Source: Candidatus Limnocylindria bacterium (GTDB lineage: Bacteria > Methylomirabilota > Methylomirabilia > Rokubacteriales > CSP1-6). From it: a stretch of DNA of 64,000 nt. The DNA lies in NCBI GenBank assembly GCA_035524955.1, contig DATLFG010000105.1:7093-71092 (forward strand), written 5' to 3'. Position 1 is the stretch's first letter. Each line of letters starts with the position of its first letter. Position numbers and translations under genes: made by a program. The notes under the pieces are model-generated. The model had not been told where the DNA came from and did not search any database. It saw only the letters and a list, made by a program, of their open reading frames with translations. Shown piece by piece: positions 59,427-64,000 of this stretch.

Positions 59427-59981
59427 TCAGACACGCCCCCCCACCGAGGTGGGCGTGTCGAGGAGCCGGAGCCCCCGGACGAGGTACTGCAGCCCCGAGG
59501 TGATCGTGAGCCCGGCGGTCGCCCACGCCAGGACCTTCGTGACGAACGGCGGGACGAGCTGGAAGTAGACCGACGCCATGGCCGCGAGCACGGTGAGCAT
59601 CTGGAAGACGGTGGACAGCTTGCCGATCCACGTCGGCGCCGGATGCACGGTGCCGCCCGCGACGTGGATGACCAGCACGCCGATGCTCAGCACCACGTCA
59701 CGGCTCACCACCACCGCGGTGATCCAGAACGGGATGACCTTGAGCCAGGTCAGCGTCACGAAGCCCGAGGTGAGCAGCAGCTTGTCGGCCATCGGGTCGA
59801 GGAAGGCGCCGAGCCGGGTCTGGCGCCCCTGGCTGCGGGCGATGTAGCCGTCCAGCAGGTCGGTGAGGCTGGCCAGGCAGAACACGAGGAGCGCCAGTCC
59901 CGCCCGCCCGTAGACGAGCAGGGTCACGAAGACCGGGATCAGCAGGATGCGCAGTATCGTGAGCCAGTTGGGCAGTCCCAT
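59427..59981 (-). CDS. pgsA: CDP-diacylglycerol--glycerol-3-phosphate 3-phosphatidyltransferase
   Basis: The CDP-alcohol phosphatidyltransferase motif is DLLDGYIARSQGRQTRLGAFLDPMADK. Confidence 0.85.
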   Translation of the reverse strand: MGLPNWLTILRILLIPVFVTLLVYGRAGLALLVFCLASLTDLLDGYIARSQGRQTRLGAFLDPMADKLLLTSGFVTLTWLKVIPFWITAVVVSRDVVLSIGVLVIHVAGGTVHPAPTWIGKLSTVFQMLTVLAAMASVYFQLVPPFVTKVLAWATAGLTITSGLQYLVRGLRLLDTPTSVGGRV

Positions 59982-60068
59982 GGAACGGTCCGCGAGGGCC
60001 GACGTCCGATTGTAGCACCGCCTCTCCCTCCCCCCCAGGGGAGAGGGCAGGGTGAGGGGTGGTTCTGC

Positions 60069-61319
60069 CTACCCGTCGATCCGGTAGCCTTCCAGCGAGG
60101 CCACCACCCGCCGCGGCAGCTCGACCTCCAGGCGAATTCCCTCGGGCTCGTCCTGCCGGGCGAGCACGCGGCCGCGCTCGTAGCAGGCGGCCAGCGCGGG
60201 CCCGTCGGCGTACGGGATGCGCAGGGTGAGCCGCGCCACCCGCGGCCGGAGCGCCTCGTCGAGCCGCGTGAGCAGCGCCTCGACGCCCTCGCCGGTGCGG
60301 GCCGAGATCGCGACGCCGTCGAAGCGGGCGAGCAGCGCGCGGGCCGCCCGCGGCTCGAGCCGGTCCATCTTGTTGAGGGCCACGACCATGGGCCGCCCCA
60401 TGAGCTCGAGCTCGCCCAGGAGGGCCTCCACCGCCTGGACCTGGTCGTCGAGCCCGGGATGGCTCGCGTCCACCACGTGCACCAGGACATCGGCCTCGGT
60501 CAGCTCCTCGAGCGTGGCCTTGAAGGCGGCCACGAGCTGGGTGGGCAGCTTGCGGATGAAGCCGACGGTGTCGGTCAGGATGAACGAGGCGTGGGTCGGG
60601 TAGGACACCAGGCGGGCCGTCGGATCGAGCGTGACGAAGAGCTGGTCGGCCGCCACGCGGTCGGCGCCGGTCAGGCGATTGAGGAGCGTGGTCTTACCCG
60701 CGTTCGTGTAGCCGACCAGCGCGACCACCGGCACGCCCGCCGCCTTGCGCCGGTCGCGCAGGAGCCGTCGGTGCGTGCGCACCCGCTGCAGCGCGTCGCG
60801 GATCTTCTGGATGCGGTGCCGGATGATGCGCCGGTCCGACTCGATCTGCATCTCGCCCGGCCCCCGCGTGCCGATGCCGCCGCCGGTGCGCTCCAGGTGC
60901 TTCCACTGCCCCACGAGCCGGGGCAGCAGGTAGGAGAGCTGGGCCAGCTCAACCTGGAGCTTGCCCTCCATGGTGCGGGCGCGCTGGGCGAAGATGTCGA
61001 GGATGAGCGCGGTGCGGTCGATCACCCGCACGCCGAGCGAGCCGCCGAGGTTGCGCTCCTGGATCGGCGAGAGCGAATCGTCGGAGATCATCAGGTCGGC
61101 GCCCTCACGCTTCGAGAGCGTCTTGATCTCCTCGACCTTCCCCTTGCCGAAGTAGAGGCCGGGGGTCGGCGCGCGCCGGTCCTGGGTCGCCCGGCCCACC
61201 ACGAGAGCCCCGGCCGACTCCGCGAGCCGGCCGAGCTCGTCGAGGCTCTCCTCCACGACCACCCGCGGCTGGGTCGGCAGCCGCAGGGCCGCCAGCACCG
61301 CCTTCTCGCGTGACTTCAC
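60069..61319 (-). CDS. hflX: GTPase HflX
   Basis: An HflX N-domain plus the G-domain motifs GYTNAGKTTLLNRLT, DTVGF and NKMD. The GTG start overlaps the miaA TGA. Confidence 0.9.
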   Translation of the reverse strand: MKSREKAVLAALRLPTQPRVVVEESLDELGRLAESAGALVVGRATQDRRAPTPGLYFGKGKVEEIKTLSKREGADLMISDDSLSPIQERNLGGSLGVRVIDRTALILDIFAQRARTMEGKLQVELAQLSYLLPRLVGQWKHLERTGGGIGTRGPGEMQIESDRRIIRHRIQKIRDALQRVRTHRRLLRDRRKAAGVPVVALVGYTNAGKTTLLNRLTGADRVAADQLFVTLDPTARLVSYPTHASFILTDTVGFIRKLPTQLVAAFKATLEELTEADVLVHVVDASHPGLDDQVQAVEALLGELELMGRPMVVALNKMDRLEPRAARALLARFDGVAISARTGEGVEALLTRLDEALRPRVARLTLRIPYADGPALAACYERGRVLARQDEPEGIRLEVELPRRVVASLEGYRIDG

Positions 61320-62266
61320 TCGATCAGCCCCTCCCGTGTGATGTGCTCGCGCACCGCCTCGGCCGCGCCCTCGACCCCGCCCGCCTGGTCCACGTCGAGC
61401 CAGCGGATCTCCGGCTCGCGCTGGAACCACGTCATCTGTCGCTTCGCGTAGCGCGTGGTGTCGCGGATCATGAGCCGCAGCGCCTCCTCCACCGTGATCT
61501 GCCCCCGCAGCGCCTGCGCGAGATGCCGGTAGCCGATGCCATCCATCGGCGGGCGGGCGGGATCGTGGCCGGCCTCGAGCAGGCGCCGGACCTCGTCCAT
61601 CATGCCACGGGCCAGCATCGTGCGCGCGCGGTCGGCGAGGGCCGTGTTGAGCGTCGGCCGCGCGCGGGCGAGCCCGACCATGACGAGGCGCCAGGCGCCG
61701 TCGGGACGGCCCCAGTTCCCGGCCCCGGTGTGCGTGGCGGCCCCAGCGGCTCCGGCGTGGATCTCGAGCGCCCGGACCACGCGGACCCGATCGTTGGGAT
61801 GCAGGCGGCGCGCGGCGGCGGGCGCCACCACCGCGAGCCGGGCGTGGAGCCCGGGCGCCCCGTGCTCCGCCGCGAAGCCCTCGAGCGTGGCCCGCAGCGT
61901 GGGATCGGCGGGCGGCGCGGGCGCCAGGCCGCGGAGCAGCGCGCGCACGTAGAGGCCGGTGCCGCCGACCACGACGGGCAGGCGCCCGCGCCCCCGTACT
62001 GCCGCGATGGCGGCGAGCGCGTCGGCGCGGAAGCGGGCGGCGTGGTAGCGCTCGTCGGGATTCACGACGTCGATCAGGTGATGCGGCACCGCCGCGCGGT
62101 CCGCCGCGGTGGGCTTGCCGGCGCCGATGTCCATCCCGCGGTAGACCTGGCGGGAGTCCGCCCCGATGACCTCCATCGCGATCTCCCGGGCGAGCCGCAC
62201 CGCCACTGCGGTCTTGCCGACGCCGGTCGGCCCCACCAGGACCAGGAGCGGAGGCCGGCTCACCAC
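61316..62266 (-). CDS. miaA: tRNA dimethylallyltransferase
   Basis: The P-loop is LVGPTGVGKTAVAVRLA, with IPT family motifs. The start is GTG. Confidence 0.9.
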   Translation of the reverse strand: MVSRPPLLVLVGPTGVGKTAVAVRLAREIAMEVIGADSRQVYRGMDIGAGKPTAADRAAVPHHLIDVVNPDERYHAARFRADALAAIAAVRGRGRLPVVVGGTGLYVRALLRGLAPAPPADPTLRATLEGFAAEHGAPGLHARLAVVAPAAARRLHPNDRVRVVRALEIHAGAAGAATHTGAGNWGRPDGAWRLVMVGLARARPTLNTALADRARTMLARGMMDEVRRLLEAGHDPARPPMDGIGYRHLAQALRGQITVEEALRLMIRDTTRYAKRQMTWFQREPEIRWLDVDQAGGVEGAAEAVREHITREGLIE

Positions 62267-62283
62267 GTGCGCCCGAGTTGAGT

Positions 62284-62384
62284 TACCACGTGCGCCCCAG
62301 TTCCCGCTTTATGTCGCGTAACCGCACTCGCAGCGGGGCCTGGAGCTACCACGTGCGCCCCAGTTCCCGCTTTATGTCGCGTAA
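62284..62384. repeat. tandem direct repeat, 38-nt unit with 63-bp period, 2 full copies plus a partial third
   Basis: TACCACGTGCGCCCCAGTTCCCGCTTTATGTCGCGTAA occurs at 62284-62321 and 62347-62384. A partial copy ACCACGTGCGCCC sits at 62262-62274. The 62347 copy encodes the mutL C-terminus (LRDIKRELGRTW*). Confidence 0.75.
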
Positions 62385-64000
62385 AGACAGCCGGCTGACG
62401 ATCGGCCGGCCGTGCGGGCAGAAGTACGGGGTCGACGTGACGGCCAGGTCGGCGATGAGCCGCGCCATCTCCTCACGTTGCAGCGGGGCGTGGGCCTTGA
62501 TGGCCGCATGGCAGGCCACGAAGGATAGCGCGCGGTGCAGCAGCGGCTGAGGCTCGCCCTTGCGGGGGCGGTTGACGTCCTCCACCAGCGCCTCGATCAG
62601 GCGCCGCGGCTCCTGCCCCCGGAGCAGCGCGGGCACCGCGCGCAGCACGACCGTGGAGCCGCTCCAGCCCTCGAGCCGGAAGCCCAGGCCCTCGAGGGTC
62701 TCGGCCCACTCCTGCACCAGCGCCGCCTGCCCCGCGCCCAGCTCCACCGGCTGCGGGAACAGCTGCTCCTGCGAAGCCAGCGGGCCCGCCTCCAGCTCTG
62801 CCAGCAGCCGCTCGAACAGCACGCGCTCGTGGGCCACGTGCTGGTCCAGGAAGAAGATCTCCTCGTCCGTGGCCGCGACTATGAACGTGTCCTGGAGCTG
62901 CCCGATCACCGTGCCGAAGTTGACCGCGGAAAATTGGGCCGGGCTTTCATGAAAGAGCAAAGCCTGGCCGGCCGGAACCAGAGTGTCCGCGGACTGGGGG
63001 AGCGCGGGGGCCATGTCTGGGCCCCCGCTTTCAATAGAGAAGCTCCCGGTGGCGTCGCCTGACGCACGGTCATCGGTCAGGGCATGCCCGCTGAGACCAC
63101 GTTGCGGCTGGACGACGTGGGCCTGCCGCAGCGCGTCCTGCACCGCGCGGTAGAGGACCTCCTGGACCTGGCGCGGGGAGCGGAAGCGGACCCAGGCCTT
63201 GGTCGGATGGACGTTGACGTCCACTTCCTGGGGCGGCAGGTCGAGGCGGAGCACGGCGACCGGGAACTGGTCGCGGGCCAGGAGCGGCCGGTAGGCCTCG
63301 ATCAGGGTCTGGCCGAGCTGGGTGTCGCGCACGGGGCGGCCGTTGACGATGAGCACGATCTCGTCGCGGTTGCCGCGGGCGAGCTGGGGCGGCGCGACCA
63401 GGCCCGAGATCGCGAGCGGGCCGTCCTTGCGCTCCACCTCCAGGAGCTTGCCCGCGCGCTCGAAGCCCCAGAGCGCCCCGATGCGGTCGCGCAGGCTTCG
63501 CGCCCGCGGCGCCCCCAGCGCGGGCCGGCCGTTGTGCGAGACGCGGAAGTGCACGTCCTGGTGCGCCAGCGTGATGGCCTCGAGCAGCCGCAGGGCCGCC
63601 GCCACCTCGCTCTGGGCGCTCTTCATGAACTTGAGCCGGGCCGGCGTGTTGAAGAAGAGATCCTGCGCCTCCACCGTGGTGCCCGCGGGCGCCGCCACCA
63701 GCAGCTTCTCGTTGACCGCGCCTCCCTCGCCGCGCACGAGGGTGCCGGTGTGAGCCCCGCGCGGGCACGAGAGCACCGAGAACCGGGTGACCGCGCAGAT
63801 CGCGGGCAGCGCCTCGCCCCGGAAGCCCAGCGTGGTGATGGCGTCGAGGTCGGCGTCGGTGGCGAGCTTGGAGGTGGCGTGCCGCAGCAGGGCCAGGTCC
63901 ACCTCGTCGCTCGACATGCCGACGCCGTCGTCGGTCACGCGGATCAGGGCGCGCCCCGCGTCGCGCAGGTCGACCGCCACCTGGGTGCAGAGCGCGTCGA
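62346..64000 (-). CDS. mutL: DNA mismatch repair protein MutL (N-terminus continues beyond window)
   Basis: The GHKL ATPase motifs are IRVTDDGVGMS and TLGFRGEALPAI, and the C-terminal dimerisation domain carries a CPHGRP zinc motif. Confidence 0.9.
   Translation of the reverse strand, partial: DALCTQVAVDLRDAGRALIRVTDDGVGMSSDEVDLALLRHATSKLATDADLDAITTLGFRGEALPAICAVTRFSVLSCPRGAHTGTLVRGEGGAVNEKLLVAAPAGTTVEAQDLFFNTPARLKFMKSAQSEVAAALRLLEAITLAHQDVHFRVSHNGRPALGAPRARSLRDRIGALWGFERAGKLLEVERKDGPLAISGLVAPPQLARGNRDEIVLIVNGRPVRDTQLGQTLIEAYRPLLARDQFPVAVLRLDLPPQEVDVNVHPTKAWVRFRSPRQVQEVLYRAVQDALRQAHVVQPQRGLSGHALTDDRASGDATGSFSIESGGPDMAPALPQSADTLVPAGQALLFHESPAQFSAVNFGTVIGQLQDTFIVAATDEEIFFLDQHVAHERVLFERLLAELEAGPLASQEQLFPQPVELGAGQAALVQEWAETLEGLGFRLEGWSGSTVVLRAVPALLRGQEPRRLIEALVEDVNRPRKGEPQPLLHRALSFVACHAAIKAHAPLQREEMARLIADLAVTSTPYFCPHGRPIVSRLSLRDIKRELGRTW

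Noticed and set aside
56797-59568. 923-aa + ORF and 816-aa minus ORF across der/DUF512
   Set aside because: These are antisense or alternate frames of der and the PDZ-DUF512 gene.
62262-62384. Possible CRISPR array
   Set aside because: There are only about 2.3 copies. The repeat overlaps the mutL coding end and the miaA start, there is no spacer diversity, and no cas genes are present.
62278-62550. 90-aa + ORF with internal repeat SYHVRPSSRFMSR x2
   Set aside because: It is an artifact of translating the 63-bp tandem duplication, opposite strand to the mutL 3' end, and is not a real repeat protein.

Overview
This is a 64 kb, very GC-rich (roughly 70%) bacterial chromosomal segment, and most of it is core housekeeping. 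Genes identified on the + strand: a birA tail, coaX, a guaB-family gene, guaA, dnaE, accA and miaB; trpS and asd lie further on. Two long minus-strand gene strings repeat classical enterobacterial synteny: mutL-miaA-hflX-pgsA-DUF512-der, and surE-pcm-[tRNA-Pro]-acyP-nlpD-like-rpoS-like sigma factor. Three tRNAs are present on the minus strand: Arg-CCT, Pro-CGG and Pro-GGG. Embedded in this backbone are several features that stand out:
- dnaE carries a 421-aa full-length intein with a LAGLIDADG homing endonuclease, at a site 4 residues from the cyanobacterial split-intein site.
- A translationally coupled seven-gene string downstream of miaB combines a GT4 glycosyltransferase with a PaaK/CapK-like adenylating enzyme and an orphan PaaA-like di-iron oxygenase subunit.
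- A bactofilin/TPR/small-membrane-protein operon.
- An operon encoding a thioredoxin-like-ferredoxin::Rieske fusion, an N-ferredoxin FNR-type reductase and an amidohydrolase-2, with no oxygenase large subunit.
- A roughly 7 kb lower-GC island ending at tRNA-Arg(CCT). It contains a large-serine-recombinase pseudogene (two frameshifts plus an amber stop), a frameshifted PEP-CTERM protein, an HNH remnant, and an XRE regulator/TupA-like ATP-grasp pair with a perfect palindromic operator and a duplicated XRE 3' end.
- A 63-bp tandem duplication of the mutL 3' terminus at the mutL/miaA junction.
Several F420/FMN-type folds (one LLM oxidoreductase, three PPOX-like proteins) suggest deazaflavin-linked chemistry. 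Taxonomy is uncertain: the RpoS-type operon points to Proteobacteria, while the GC content and F420-type enzymes are also compatible with other high-GC soil lineages. Many long ORFs in the track are antisense or alternate-frame artifacts of the high GC content and were rejected.
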